A model generated the notes under the pieces. That model saw only the letters and a list, made by a program, of their open reading frames with translations. It made no database searches and had not been told where the DNA came from. Made by a program: the position numbers and the translations under genes. Shown here piece after piece: positions 10,145 to 20,392 of a stretch of 64,000 bases of DNA (positions are counted from its first letter, which is position 1; each line of letters begins with the position of its first letter). Source of the stretch: an uncultured cyanobacterium (GTDB lineage Bacteria; Cyanobacteriota; Cyanobacteriia; Pseudanabaenales; Pseudanabaenaceae); NCBI GenBank assembly GCA_963703315.1, contig OY969811.1:2592001-2656000 (forward strand), given 5' to 3'.

Positions 10145-10627
10145 ATGACCACAATGGCAGATTTACCTTCTACAACCTTAACCAGCGAAATTACCAAATT
10201 TCAACTACCTAATGAAACCGATGGTTGGTTTAACTATCCCGTGCGAGTTTATCCGCATCATACTGACTATTCAGGCGTGGTTTGGCATGGTACATATCTA
10301 ACTTGGATGGAAGAGGCAAGGGTGGAATGCTTGCGGACAGTGGGTATGAGTTTTGAGGAGCTAGTGTCAGCAGGTGTGGATTTACCTGTGGCGGAGATGT
10401 CTTTGCGTTACCATCGCTCAGCGCGGATGGGCGATGATGTGCTGATTATGACCAAGCTTGTGCCAGATAAGGTGCGCCTGAACTGGGAATATCAAATTCG
10501 GACGGAAACAGATCTATGTGTAACAGCAGTAGTTACCCTCGTACCTGTAGATTTTGAAAAACGTAAGTTATTGCGATCGCTACCAAGCTCCTTAGAAGGG
10601 GCGATCGCCAAACTAACGGGAATTTAG
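10145..10627 (+). CDS. Acyl-CoA thioesterase (YbgC/4HBT hot-dog family)
   Basis: VRVYPHHTDYSGVVWHGTYLTWMEEAR. Confidence 0.85.
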   Translation: MTTMADLPSTTLTSEITKFQLPNETDGWFNYPVRVYPHHTDYSGVVWHGTYLTWMEEARVECLRTVGMSFEELVSAGVDLPVAEMSLRYHRSARMGDDVLIMTKLVPDKVRLNWEYQIRTETDLCVTAVVTLVPVDFEKRKLLRSLPSSLEGAIAKLTGI

Positions 10628-10696
10628 AAATACTAAGCGATGATGCGGCGCTTCGCGCCGCATCATCGCAAATTCATTGAGGAACTTATAAAAATC

Positions 10697-11908
10697 ATGG
10701 CAGATTGGCAAGTAATTTCAGGTGGTGTGACGGCGGCAAAGGGCTATCAAGCCGCAGGTATCACCGCAGGACTAAAGGCATCGGGCGCTCCCGATTTGAC
10801 TTTGATCGCGTCAGATGTACCTGCGATCGCCGCAGGTGTATTTACAAAATCCTGTGTCAGAGCCGCCTGTGTGGACTTTAACCGTGAAGTCTTAGCAAAA
10901 GGTGGTTACGTTAGCGCGATCCTTTGTAATTCAGGTCAAGCCAATGCCAGTACAGGAGCCGAAGGTTGGCGCAATGCGGTGGAGTCCGCCGAATTAGTCC
11001 AAAAAGCACTTAATACCAAAGATGGCGTTTTGGTTGCCTCAACGGGTGTAATTGGTAAACAATTGCTGATGGACAAGATGCGGGCAGGGATTGCCAAAAT
11101 TGCCACAGTGCTTTCTGCCGATGGTGGTGAAGATGCCGCCAAATCCATTATGACCACTGACACCGTACCCAAAAGCATTGCCTTAGAAACGGTGATTGAT
11201 GGCAAGACTGTCAGAGTTGGTGGGATCTGCAAAGGTTCGGGCATGATCCATCCCAATATGGCGACAATGTTGGGCTTTATCACTAGTGATGTGGGTGTGG
11301 AACCAAAGCTCTGGCAAACGATGTTGTCTCGCTCCATTGATGCTAGCTTCAACCAAGTTACTGTCGATGGTGACACTAGTACCAATGACATGGTGTTGGC
11401 ACTATGCAATGGTCAATCGGGTGTAACTATTACCGATGAAAGCTCTCCTGCGGCACAACAATTACAGTCAATGCTGCAAGAAGTTTGTATGAGCTTGGCT
11501 AAGGCGATCGCCCGTGATGGTGAAGGTGCAACCTGTATGATCGAAGTCAATGTGACGGGGGCAGCTAGCGTTGCTGATGCTAGACAAATCGCGAAAACGA
11601 TTGTTGGTTCATCCCTAGTGAAATCAGCAGTTTTTGGCAATGATCCCAACTGGGGAAGAATCGCGGCAGCCGCAGGGCGATCGGGTATTGACTTCAATCA
11701 AGATGTATTGAATATCCAACTCGGTGATTTTGTAATGATGAAAGACGGCACACCGCAGGATTACGATCGCCAAGCTGCTAGTGACTATCTCAAAAATGAC
11801 ACCGTAATCATTAATGTTGGTGTCGGTGAGGGGGATGGTGCAGGTACGGCATGGGGCTGTGATCTCAGTTACGATTACGTCAAGATCAACGCTGAGTACA
11901 CCACATAA
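10697..11908 (+). CDS. argJ: Bifunctional ornithine acetyltransferase/N-acetylglutamate synthase
   Basis: KGSGMIHPNMATML, DGDTSTND, DGEGAT; start moved to MADWQ because the upstream ATG lies in a hairpin. Confidence 0.95.
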   Translation: MADWQVISGGVTAAKGYQAAGITAGLKASGAPDLTLIASDVPAIAAGVFTKSCVRAACVDFNREVLAKGGYVSAILCNSGQANASTGAEGWRNAVESAELVQKALNTKDGVLVASTGVIGKQLLMDKMRAGIAKIATVLSADGGEDAAKSIMTTDTVPKSIALETVIDGKTVRVGGICKGSGMIHPNMATMLGFITSDVGVEPKLWQTMLSRSIDASFNQVTVDGDTSTNDMVLALCNGQSGVTITDESSPAAQQLQSMLQEVCMSLAKAIARDGEGATCMIEVNVTGAASVADARQIAKTIVGSSLVKSAVFGNDPNWGRIAAAAGRSGIDFNQDVLNIQLGDFVMMKDGTPQDYDRQAASDYLKNDTVIINVGVGEGDGAGTAWGCDLSYDYVKINAEYTT

Positions 11909-11932
11909 CCTACAGCGCTTTGCGCTTAAACC

Positions 11933-12042
11933 CAAACCTAAAGAAATTTTTTGAAAGCTTTGCTTTGCAAAGCTTTCAAAAAATTTCTTTAGGTTTGTTT
12001 TGCGATAAAAAAGAGTGACAGCGCTTTGCGCTGTCACTCTTT
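11933..12042. repeat. Two perfect hairpins (31-bp and 15-bp stems, TTT loops) after argJ
   Basis: 11933-11997 and 12010-12042. Confidence 0.85.
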
Positions 12043-12104
12043 GGGATTTTGCTATATGATCGAACTAGCGATCGCATTTTGTTTGCAACTATAGGCTTTT
12101 TTTC

Positions 12105-12977
12105 ATGTCTAGTGTCATCATTCAAGGAGCAGAACACAGCTACAATCTCACGCATCCTTCGCAGTCTCAAGTCTCCCAAAAATCAAGTCCATTAACGATC
12201 GCCTTTTTACATGGTTGGATGCTGAGCCAAGCCTATTGGCAACCATTAATTGATCAGTTACAACCTGATTTTCATTGCTTATCCTATGATTTACGTGGGT
12301 TTGGCAAGTCTCAGATCGGCGATCGCCACGAATATTCTTTAATTAGCTATGTACAGGATCTCGAAGAATTACTTGATCACTTAGCTATTGATCAGGTTTG
12401 GCTAGTTGGACATTCCCTCGGCGGGGCGATCGCTTTGTGGGCAGCAAATTTATTAAGCGATCGGATTTTGGGCGTAGTCTGTCTAAATGCGGGTGGGGGG
12501 ATTTATATCAAAGAAGAGTTTGAGAAGTTTCGCACCGCAGGCAAAATCATTCTCAAATTGCGTCCCCAATGGCTGCAAAATCTTCCCTTAGTTCATGCTC
12601 AATTTGCTAAAGATAGTGTGCAAAATTCTTTAGATTTGCATTGGGGAAAACAACGGGTGATCGATTTTATATCGGCGAAATATCCAGCCGCTAGAGGAAC
12701 ACTCCTTGATTCCACTAGTGAAGCAGAAGTTCATAAACTGCCCCAGATTGTCTCGAAACTACAGCAACCTGTTTATTTTGTCGCTGGTGCAAATGACAGC
12801 ATTATGGAACCCAAATATGTAAATCATTTAGCAAGTTTTCACCATTCCTTTAATGGTTATGGTGAGAATGTCTTTGAACTTCCTGATTGTGGACATCTAG
12901 GAATGTTGGAACAGACAAATCTATTGCATCGTATTTTGTTAGATTTATTGGCAAAACCTGCTACTTCAATAAGTTAG
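12105..12977 (+). CDS. Alpha/beta hydrolase
   Basis: FLHGW, YDLRGFG, GHSLGG, CGHLGMLE. Confidence 0.88.
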   Translation: MSSVIIQGAEHSYNLTHPSQSQVSQKSSPLTIAFLHGWMLSQAYWQPLIDQLQPDFHCLSYDLRGFGKSQIGDRHEYSLISYVQDLEELLDHLAIDQVWLVGHSLGGAIALWAANLLSDRILGVVCLNAGGGIYIKEEFEKFRTAGKIILKLRPQWLQNLPLVHAQFAKDSVQNSLDLHWGKQRVIDFISAKYPAARGTLLDSTSEAEVHKLPQIVSKLQQPVYFVAGANDSIMEPKYVNHLASFHHSFNGYGENVFELPDCGHLGMLEQTNLLHRILLDLLAKPATSIS

Positions 12978-13124
12978 GACTTACGCAAAAATTCCTAAGA
13001 CCCTCACCCCTAGCCCCTCTCCCAAAAAGGGAGAGGGGAACAAGAAAAATTTCTTACTCCCCTTCTCCCTCTCTGGGAGAAGGGGTTGGGGGATGAGGGC
13101 AGTTTCTAATTTGTGTAAGTCCTA
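12975..13124. mobile_element. MITE-like small dispersed repeat with terminal inverted repeats
   Basis: TAGGACTTACGCAAA ... TTTGTGTAAGTCCTA (15 bp, 1 mismatch) enclosing CCCTCACCCC...GGGGATGAGGG nested hairpins. Confidence 0.7.
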
Positions 13125-13258
13125 TAAGTAAGTAGGCTTACAGCCTTACCCTAAGCCCTGTGGCGCACTTGCGCCACAGGGCATTAGATATGTTTTTTTA
13201 ATTATGCCGAGATACTTATAGATTCTGATAGGCTTAAACTGAGACTTTAGCATCCTGA

Positions 13259-16177
13259 TTGTTTGCAAAACCCAACATGACAAATTTACCGACAAAGCAA
13301 GTTTGGCACACACTTACGGCTGAAGAAGCGATCGCCGCTTTGGATGTTAATCCTGCAATGGGTTTGGAGTCATGGCAAATTAGCGATCGCCAAGCGGTTT
13401 ATGGTCGCAATGAGCTAAAAGGCAAAGCAGGGCGCACTAAGCTGAGTATCTTTGTCGATCAGTTTACCAACATCATGCTGTTGATGTTGATGGGCGTGGC
13501 AGTAGTATCGGCGGGATTGGATATAGCAGCGGGGAATTTCCCCAAGGATGCCGTCGCGATAGCCGCGATCGTGATTTTGAATGGAATTTTGGGCTATGTG
13601 CAGGAAAGTCGGGCGGAGGAGGCATTAGCGGCGTTAAAACGGATGGCGGCTCCTAATGTGAGGGTCTTACGCGAAGGTAAAGTTTCCGAAATCCTATCGG
13701 CGGAACTGGTAGTTGGAGATATTGTATTTGTTGATGCGGGGATGCAGATTGCGGCAGATGGACACTTGTTAGAGGCAGTAAAGCTAAAGGTACGAGAAGG
13801 TGCGCTCACGGGCGAATCTAAGGGTACAAATAAAATTGCCAATCAATTATTTAGTGAAGATGAATCCTTAGGCGATCGCCGCAATATGGTGTTTCAGGGA
13901 ACTGAAGTATTGCAGGGGCGCGGCATGATAGTCGTCACCGCTACGGGAATGCAGACAGAATTAGGCAAGATTGCTAATCTGCTGCAAGATGTGGAATTGG
14001 AAGAAACGCCATTACAGAAGCGGATGACAGAACTTTCCAAGGCTTTGGTGATTGCCTCTTTGCTGTTAGTGGCGATTGTAATTGCGGTAGGACTATGGCG
14101 ACATGGCGACTTTGTGAAGTTATTGAATACTTCCCTCAGCATGGCAGTAGCGGCGGTTCCTGAAGGCTTACCTGCGGTTATTACCGTGACTCTAGCGCTA
14201 GGAACGCAAAGGATGGTCAAACGTAATGCCCTCATTCGTAAATTGCCTGCGGTGGAAACTCTCGGCTCGGTGACGACCATCTGCTCAGATAAGACAGGAA
14301 CGCTAACCCAAAATAAGATGGTTGCCGAAAGTCTATTTACAGCAAATTATGCAGCGCAAATTAGTGGAACAGGTTACGAACCGATTGGCGAATTTGCAAT
14401 TTCCCGTTTAGCAGGGGATATGCTTACCAGTGATTTGAGTGTGTATCAATGTTCTGAAATGCAACTTTTACTAGCCGCAAGTGCGATTTGTAATGATGCC
14501 TATTTACAGAAAACTGCTTTTAATAATCAAGGAACAAGAGGCTTAAGTCCCTTACCTGTCACCGTAGGCAGTTCCCAATGGAAGATTATTGGCGATCCTA
14601 CGGAAGGGGCGTTGCTTACTTTAACAGGGAAAGCAAATCTTTGGCAATCGCAATTCAATAAATATTTTACTAGGGTTGCTGAAATTCCTTTTACGCCTGA
14701 GCGCAAACTGATGAGTGCGATCGCCGCGATCAAAAGCATGGATGCTGAAGATACACCTGAATCCATGCGAACGATCGCGAGTTTATTACCTGATGCTCCA
14801 TACTTCTTGTTTTGTAAAGGTTCTCCTGAATTAGTGTTAGAACGTTGCGATCGCCTTCAAATTGAAAAACAAACTAGCTCCATTACAATTTCCCAAAGAT
14901 CAGCAGTTAATCTCCAAAACACCCTCCTTGCAACTAAGGGAATGCGTGTATTAGGATTTGCCTATTTGCCCTTAGAGAATATTCCGACTGAAGTAGAACT
15001 TAATAATATCGAAAATAAACTGGTATGGTTAGGACTAGTGGGTATCCGTGATGCTCTACGGGAGGAAGCAGCAAAGGCAGTGCAGGTAAGTGGTCATGCA
15101 GGAATTCACACGATCATGATTACAGGCGATCATCAACTGACGGCTCAAGCGATCGCCCGTGACTTAAATATCTTCTCTCCTGAAAACGATAAGGTGTTGA
15201 CGGGTCAAGAAATCGAATTAATGGATGATGATGAGTTAACCGAAATTGCACGACAAACTGCGGTCTATGCCAGAGTCTCACCCGAACATAAATTACGCAT
15301 TGTCCAAGCGCTGCAACGCCGAGGCGAAATTGTGGCGATGACAGGAGACGGCGTGAATGATGCCCCTGCCTTGAAACAAGCGAATATTGGCATTGCGATG
15401 GGCATTACAGGCACGGATGTTTCTAAGGAAGCGAGCGATATGATCTTGCTCGATGATAACTACGCGACGATTGTGGCGGCAACGGAGGAGGGGCGCACGG
15501 TTTACGCGAATATTCGCCGCTTTATTAAATATATTCTCGGTAGTAATGTCGGTGAAGTGATTGCGATCGCTTCCACTCCATTTCTAGGATTTGGCGCAGT
15601 TCCTTTGACTCCATTACAGATTTTATGGATGAATCTTGTCACCGATGGTGTGCCAGCCCTTGCCCTTGCCGTAGAACCCGCCGAAGCCGATGTGATGGAA
15701 AGACCTCCCTTTAATCCTCAAGAAAATATTTTTGCGCGGGGATTAGGTTGGTATATTCTGCGAATTGGCGTGATTTTTGGCTTGCAAACGATCGCTTTAA
15801 TGGAAATCGCCTATAACTCTGGCAATCCCTCATGGCATGAGCATTGGAAGACAATCACCTTTACGACGCTCTGTATTGCTCAGATGGGTCATGCCCTCGC
15901 CTGTCGTTCTGATTCCAAATTACTGATTGAGTTAAATCCGATCTCCAATCCCTATCTCTTAGCTTCCGTGATCTTCACCACGATTCTGCAACTCTCTTTG
16001 TTATATGTGCCATCGTTGCGACAATTCTTTGGCACTGATGCCCTCTCTGCTTCTGAATTAGGTTTGTGCTTTGGATTTAGTATGCTACTGGTTTTATGGG
16101 TAGAATTTGAGAAAATTTTCTCAAGGTGGTGGGTGAAGCGCCGTGCGGCAAAATCTTCTATAAAAAATCAGCCCTAA
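13259..16177 (+). CDS. Cation-transporting P-type ATPase (P2A, PacL-like Ca2+ pump)
   Basis: [33 protein letters not shown]; start may be the ATG at 13277. Confidence 0.92.
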   Translation: MFAKPNMTNLPTKQVWHTLTAEEAIAALDVNPAMGLESWQISDRQAVYGRNELKGKAGRTKLSIFVDQFTNIMLLMLMGVAVVSAGLDIAAGNFPKDAVAIAAIVILNGILGYVQESRAEEALAALKRMAAPNVRVLREGKVSEILSAELVVGDIVFVDAGMQIAADGHLLEAVKLKVREGALTGESKGTNKIANQLFSEDESLGDRRNMVFQGTEVLQGRGMIVVTATGMQTELGKIANLLQDVELEETPLQKRMTELSKALVIASLLLVAIVIAVGLWRHGDFVKLLNTSLSMAVAAVPEGLPAVITVTLALGTQRMVKRNALIRKLPAVETLGSVTTICSDKTGTLTQNKMVAESLFTANYAAQISGTGYEPIGEFAISRLAGDMLTSDLSVYQCSEMQLLLAASAICNDAYLQKTAFNNQGTRGLSPLPVTVGSSQWKIIGDPTEGALLTLTGKANLWQSQFNKYFTRVAEIPFTPERKLMSAIAAIKSMDAEDTPESMRTIASLLPDAPYFLFCKGSPELVLERCDRLQIEKQTSSITISQRSAVNLQNTLLATKGMRVLGFAYLPLENIPTEVELNNIENKLVWLGLVGIRDALREEAAKAVQVSGHAGIHTIMITGDHQLTAQAIARDLNIFSPENDKVLTGQEIELMDDDELTEIARQTAVYARVSPEHKLRIVQALQRRGEIVAMTGDGVNDAPALKQANIGIAMGITGTDVSKEASDMILLDDNYATIVAATEEGRTVYANIRRFIKYILGSNVGEVIAIASTPFLGFGAVPLTPLQILWMNLVTDGVPALALAVEPAEADVMERPPFNPQENIFARGLGWYILRIGVIFGLQTIALMEIAYNSGNPSWHEHWKTITFTTLCIAQMGHALACRSDSKLLIELNPISNPYLLASVIFTTILQLSLLYVPSLRQFFGTDALSASELGLCFGFSMLLVLWVEFEKIFSRWWVKRRAAKSSIKNQP

Positions 16178-16181
16178 GCTA

Positions 16182-17720
16182 ATGCGAAGAAAATTTCCTT
16201 GGTTGCGATCGCTAATTGTTTTAGGCTGCTTTGGTCTAGTCATTTCCTTTGTGGTTCCTTTACTGGATCGCATCATCCAAATCTATCAACTTGTCGCCAA
16301 ATCCTCGCCAATCTTGGGCGGATTTGTGGTGCTGTTGGTAATGGGAGTATTGGCAGGATTATTTTTTGTAACTTGGCGGTATATCAATCTCTTCCAATCG
16401 GAACCAAAGCCACCACGCCCAATTCCTGACGCACCCACCGACAAAATCGAAGCGGCTCAAGACAGTCTCGAAGCCCTAGAACGTCAAGTCGAGCAGATCC
16501 AAGACGAGGTGATGCGGCGATCGCTTGCTGAGCAAACAGAACAATTAAAACAGAACTTCATCCGTCAAGAATTGCGCGTAGTTGTCTTTGGTGTCGGTTC
16601 CGCAGGGAAGACTTCGTTGGTGAATGGATTGCTTGATTTATCGTTGCAAGAGATTGAGAATAAAGGTCAAGTTGGTGCAACAATGGGAACTACACAATTA
16701 GGTAAAGTCTACGCACCTGTGCAGTTTCAAAATCTCGATGTACCGATTCAATTTACCGATTGTCCGGGGATATTAGAGGCGAGTGCCTTGGGTAGCGATC
16801 GCGAACAAGAGGCGCGAAAAATTGCGACTGAGGCAGATTTAATCGTATTTGTGGTTGATGATGATTTGCGGCGATCGGAATATGACGTTCTCAAAGCCCT
16901 TACAGAAATTGGCAAACGGACAATTCTTGCCTTTAATAAAATTGATCGTCTCACTAAAAGCGATCGCGAAATGATTCACACCAGTTTGCGATCGCGAGTT
17001 CTGAGTTTTATTGCTCCCGAAGATGTCGTGGCGATCGCCGCTAGTCCATCTGCAATTACCCTCGACAATGGCGAAGTCGTCACCCCTAACCCGAAAATCC
17101 AGCCATTACTAGCGCGTATTCTCGATATTCTCAGCTATGAAGGTGATGAACTGGTTGCCGATAATGTGTTATTGCGATCGCAAAGGCTGACGGAAGAAAC
17201 TCGTGAAGTTCTCTCTCAACAGCAACAAGCGGAAGCTGAAAAAGTTGTAGAAAAGTTCCAATGGTTAGTGGTTGGTGTAGTATTCGCCACGCCTTTACCC
17301 GTAGTTGATCTCTTAGCTACAGCCGCGATCAATGCCCAAATGGTTGTGGAAATCGGTAGGGTCTATGGCTGTGAAATCAATATCGATCGCGGTAAAGAGT
17401 TAGCGAATTCCCTCACTCGCACCTTAGTGAGTCTTGGCATCGTCAAAGGTGTAGTCCAGATCGTGACTACCGCAATTTCCGTAACCTTAGTCGGCTTAGT
17501 TCTCAAAGCGACAATTCAATCAGTGACGGCTGCTTACTTGACGCGCATTGCTGGCAAGAGTTTTATCGAATATTTTAGTCACGATCGCGATTGGGGTGAT
17601 GGTGGTATTGCGGAAGTCGTACAACGTCAGTTCCAATTAAATCGCCGTGATGAGTTTCTCAAGGCTTTCTTACAGGATGCGGTGAATCGAGTGATGGTAT
17701 TGGTGAAGCAACAAATGTAA
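16182..17720 (+). CDS. Membrane-anchored GTPase with DUF697 domain (YcjF-like)
   Basis: GVGSAGKTS, DCPG, NKID, TPLPVVDLL. Confidence 0.85.
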   Translation: MRRKFPWLRSLIVLGCFGLVISFVVPLLDRIIQIYQLVAKSSPILGGFVVLLVMGVLAGLFFVTWRYINLFQSEPKPPRPIPDAPTDKIEAAQDSLEALERQVEQIQDEVMRRSLAEQTEQLKQNFIRQELRVVVFGVGSAGKTSLVNGLLDLSLQEIENKGQVGATMGTTQLGKVYAPVQFQNLDVPIQFTDCPGILEASALGSDREQEARKIATEADLIVFVVDDDLRRSEYDVLKALTEIGKRTILAFNKIDRLTKSDREMIHTSLRSRVLSFIAPEDVVAIAASPSAITLDNGEVVTPNPKIQPLLARILDILSYEGDELVADNVLLRSQRLTEETREVLSQQQQAEAEKVVEKFQWLVVGVVFATPLPVVDLLATAAINAQMVVEIGRVYGCEINIDRGKELANSLTRTLVSLGIVKGVVQIVTTAISVTLVGLVLKATIQSVTAAYLTRIAGKSFIEYFSHDRDWGDGGIAEVVQRQFQLNRRDEFLKAFLQDAVNRVMVLVKQQM

Positions 17721-17726
17721 GATATC

Positions 17727-17761
17727 GCGATCGCCTATGTGTTTAACCAGTAGGCGATCGC
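17727..17761. terminator. Inverted repeat built from two HIP1 sites between convergent ORFs
   Basis: GCGATCGCCTA ... TAGGCGATCGC. Confidence 0.4.
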
Positions 17762-17775
17762 AATGGCACTCATGA

Positions 17776-17940
17776 CTATTCTCTGCCGAGGTTGAATAGT
17801 TGTCGGAGAAATGCTGCAAGGGCAGCGAGGGTAATCGCTCCTGAGATAGCGTAGCTGATGGGCATGATTAGAGGAGTGATATTGAGGTTGGAGTTAGCGC
17901 TGGTTGAGGTAATTACCTCTTGAGACTTTTGGTTTGACAT
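17776..17940 (-). CDS. Unannotated 54-aa predicted single-pass membrane protein, divergent from the NACHT gene
   Basis: Hand translation MSNQKSQEVITSTSANSNLNITPLIMPISYAISGAITLAALAAFLRQLFNLGRE*; not in the ORF track. Confidence 0.6.
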   Translation of the reverse strand: MSNQKSQEVITSTSANSNLNITPLIMPISYAISGAITLAALAAFLRQLFNLGRE

Positions 17941-18008
17941 AGAATTAATTAGTGGAGATTTAAGTTGATAGACTTTATAATCTCAGACGTTATCCTGACT
18001 AGGCTCTA

Positions 18009-18044
18009 TGACTTAGGCTGACTTAAACTGACTTGGGCTGACTT
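18009..18044. promoter_or_regulatory. Four TGACTT direct repeats with 10-bp period (candidate operator)
   Basis: TGACTT at 18009, 18019, 18029, 18039; partial TGACT at 17996. Confidence 0.55.
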
Positions 18045-18086
18045 GTTTTTTATATTTTCTTAGACATTTATAAGAGTTGGTAACTG

Positions 18087-20330
18087 ATGAAACCTTTAAA
18101 GAAAAATTTCTTAGAAAAAAAGGCTCGTGATTATCAACTATCTGAGCAGCAAACAGAAGTTTTTGTAGCACTCTTTAGCAGTGGTACAGATGATGACTTA
18201 TCAGTTGCCGATAGTTTGCATATTTCTCTAAGTGCTTTAAGAACTTGTATGACTGGTGTTTATGAAAAATTTGAAATTGCAGGTAAGGGAGCCGGCAAGT
18301 TTTATCGCTTATATGTTTGGCTGATATATCAATCAGGAGAATCAAGTGTTGAAGATGCCTTAGCATTTGATAATAGCGTGCAAGGCTTAATAACAAAGTT
18401 CAGAAAAAATTGCGAGCAGGATATTCTCAAGCGGTGCGGAACGATGCGGGTGTTGGATATGGATCAATCCATCGCTTTGAGTGATATTTATACTGATGTG
18501 AATATTTTGGAGAAGATAACCCGCAATCAACGGCGGGATCTTGGTGAGTTAATGGATCTATGCCGAGTTGAGGAGTTTTATCGGTGGGGATTGGGAGGAA
18601 TACAACAAAAGCGAGTTGAGGGAATTGAAGCGGTTAGGAATCACAGCAAGTTGATGATTTTGGGTAAACCAGGGACTGGGAAAACTACGTTTTTGAAATT
18701 TTTGGCAATATCATGTATTAATGGGAAAGCGTTTGCGGATTTGGTTCCTATTTTTGTGACGCTAAAGGATTTTGCGGATCGGGAAAATCGTCCGAGTTTG
18801 CTGCAATTTTTGATGGGAGAGTTTAGTCAATGGGAAGTTGAAATTGAACCGATTTTAAAATCTGGCAAGGCTTTAATATTGCTAGATGGATTAGATGAAG
18901 TACAGGCTGAATATGATGATCGGGTTTTGCGTGAAATTCGAGAATTGGAGCGAAACTATAGCCAAAGTCATATTGTGGTGACTTGTCGGATTGCGGCAAA
19001 GCAATATATTTTTGAGCAGTTCAAAGAAGTAGAAGTTGCAGATTTCGATGAGCAACAGATCGCCACTTTTACAGGAAATTGGTTCCGCCATAAGGAAATT
19101 AAGGCTGAGGATTTTTTAGCAGAAATTAAGAAAAATAATCGAGTTCAGGAATTGGCAACAAGTCCGCTATTATTGACTTTGCTATGTTTGGCTTTCGAGG
19201 AGTCGGGAAGTTTTCCAACGGATCGCGCGGAACTTTATAAGGAAGGCTTGGATGCGTTACTGCGGAAATGGGATGCGAAAAGGGGAATTAGGCGAGATAT
19301 TGTCTATAAAGACTTATCGGTGCAGAAGAAGGAAGATATGCTCTCGCAAATTGCTTTGACTACCTTTGAGAAAGGGGATTATTTTGTCAAGCAACGGCAG
19401 CTTGAGGACTATATTTGTGACTATATTCGTAATACTACCAATGCAAAAAACAATGATGAAGAGTTGCATTTAGATAGTGAAGCCGTATTGAAATCCATTG
19501 AGGCGCAGCATGGGCTATTTGTGGAACGCGCTAGAGGAATTTATTCTTTTTCCCATTTGACTTTTCATGAATACTTTGCGGCTCGACAGATTGTGGTATC
19601 TACTAGTCCTAGCAAATTAGAAACTGCCTTGCAAAATCTAGTGACTCATATTACCGATAAACGCTGGCGAGAGGTGATTTTGCTATCGGTCGGCATGGCA
19701 AGGGAAGCGGATGATTTGTTACTTTTGATGAAAAGGAAGATTGATAGTTTATTAGCAGATGATGAGAAGTTACAGAGCTTTCTAGCATGGGTAGATGAGA
19801 AATCGCGAGTAGTAAATGGCTCCTATAAAATTGTTGCCGTTAAAGCTTACTACTTCGACCTTGCCCGCGGCTTCGCCCACAGTGGAGCCTTTAAGTTCGT
19901 CCTCGACCTTGCTAAGGAGATCGATCGCACCCTCGACCGCATGGTCGACCTCGACTTCGATCTCGACCATGCGGTCGAGGGTGCGATCGATCTCGCTCTC
20001 GACCGCGCTAAGGAGATCGGCGACGAGAGATTATACCAACACCTACAATCTCTAAAAGATCGGTTTCTCAATCCAAATCAAGACAGAAATGCTTTTCCAG
20101 AATGGTGGAATCAGAATGGGAAGGAATGGATTGCCGAATATCAACAAATAGTAAACGAACATCACAATATCGGTCATGATTGGCAATTTACCGATGATCA
20201 ACGAGAAAAACTAGAACAATATTACCAAGCGAATCGTTTTTTAGTGGAATGTCTGAAGAGTAACTGTTATGTGCGCCGTGAGACGAGACAAGAGATTGAG
20301 GATAGTCTGCTGTTGCCAAGTAAAAGATAA
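18087..20330 (+). CDS. NACHT-family STAND NTPase with N-terminal HTH-like domain
   Basis: GKPGTGKTT, LLDGLDEV, VTCR, SPLLLTL, FSHLTFHEYF; N-terminal VADSLHISLSALRTCMTGVYEKF resembles an HTH. Confidence 0.9.
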   Translation: MKPLKKNFLEKKARDYQLSEQQTEVFVALFSSGTDDDLSVADSLHISLSALRTCMTGVYEKFEIAGKGAGKFYRLYVWLIYQSGESSVEDALAFDNSVQGLITKFRKNCEQDILKRCGTMRVLDMDQSIALSDIYTDVNILEKITRNQRRDLGELMDLCRVEEFYRWGLGGIQQKRVEGIEAVRNHSKLMILGKPGTGKTTFLKFLAISCINGKAFADLVPIFVTLKDFADRENRPSLLQFLMGEFSQWEVEIEPILKSGKALILLDGLDEVQAEYDDRVLREIRELERNYSQSHIVVTCRIAAKQYIFEQFKEVEVADFDEQQIATFTGNWFRHKEIKAEDFLAEIKKNNRVQELATSPLLLTLLCLAFEESGSFPTDRAELYKEGLDALLRKWDAKRGIRRDIVYKDLSVQKKEDMLSQIALTTFEKGDYFVKQRQLEDYICDYIRNTTNAKNNDEELHLDSEAVLKSIEAQHGLFVERARGIYSFSHLTFHEYFAARQIVVSTSPSKLETALQNLVTHITDKRWREVILLSVGMAREADDLLLLMKRKIDSLLADDEKLQSFLAWVDEKSRVVNGSYKIVAVKAYYFDLARGFAHSGAFKFVLDLAKEIDRTLDRMVDLDFDLDHAVEGAIDLALDRAKEIGDERLYQHLQSLKDRFLNPNQDRNAFPEWWNQNGKEWIAEYQQIVNEHHNIGHDWQFTDDQREKLEQYYQANRFLVECLKSNCYVRRETRQEIEDSLLLPSKR
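19917..19994. repeat. Perfect 32-bp inverted repeat inside the NACHT CDS
   Basis: Arms 19917-19948 and 19963-19994, 14-nt spacer. Confidence 0.9.
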
Positions 20331-20353
20331 AAAGGAAAAAGAGGTTTATTTTC

Positions 20354-20390
20354 CCAATGAAGTGTTGCACGGAGTGCAACACTTCATTGG
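20354..20390. terminator. 17-bp hairpin between convergent genes
   Basis: CCAATGAAGTGTTGCAC-GGA-GTGCAACACTTCATTGG. Confidence 0.7.
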
Positions 20391-20392
20391 AA

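Noticed and set aside
10640..10696. N-terminal extension of ArgJ
   Set aside because: The upstream ATG falls within a palindromic repeat; the recognisable protein begins at MADWQ.
12887..13096. 69-aa ORF
   Set aside because: Translation of the MITE-like repeat (PSPLAPLP..SPSPSLGEG).
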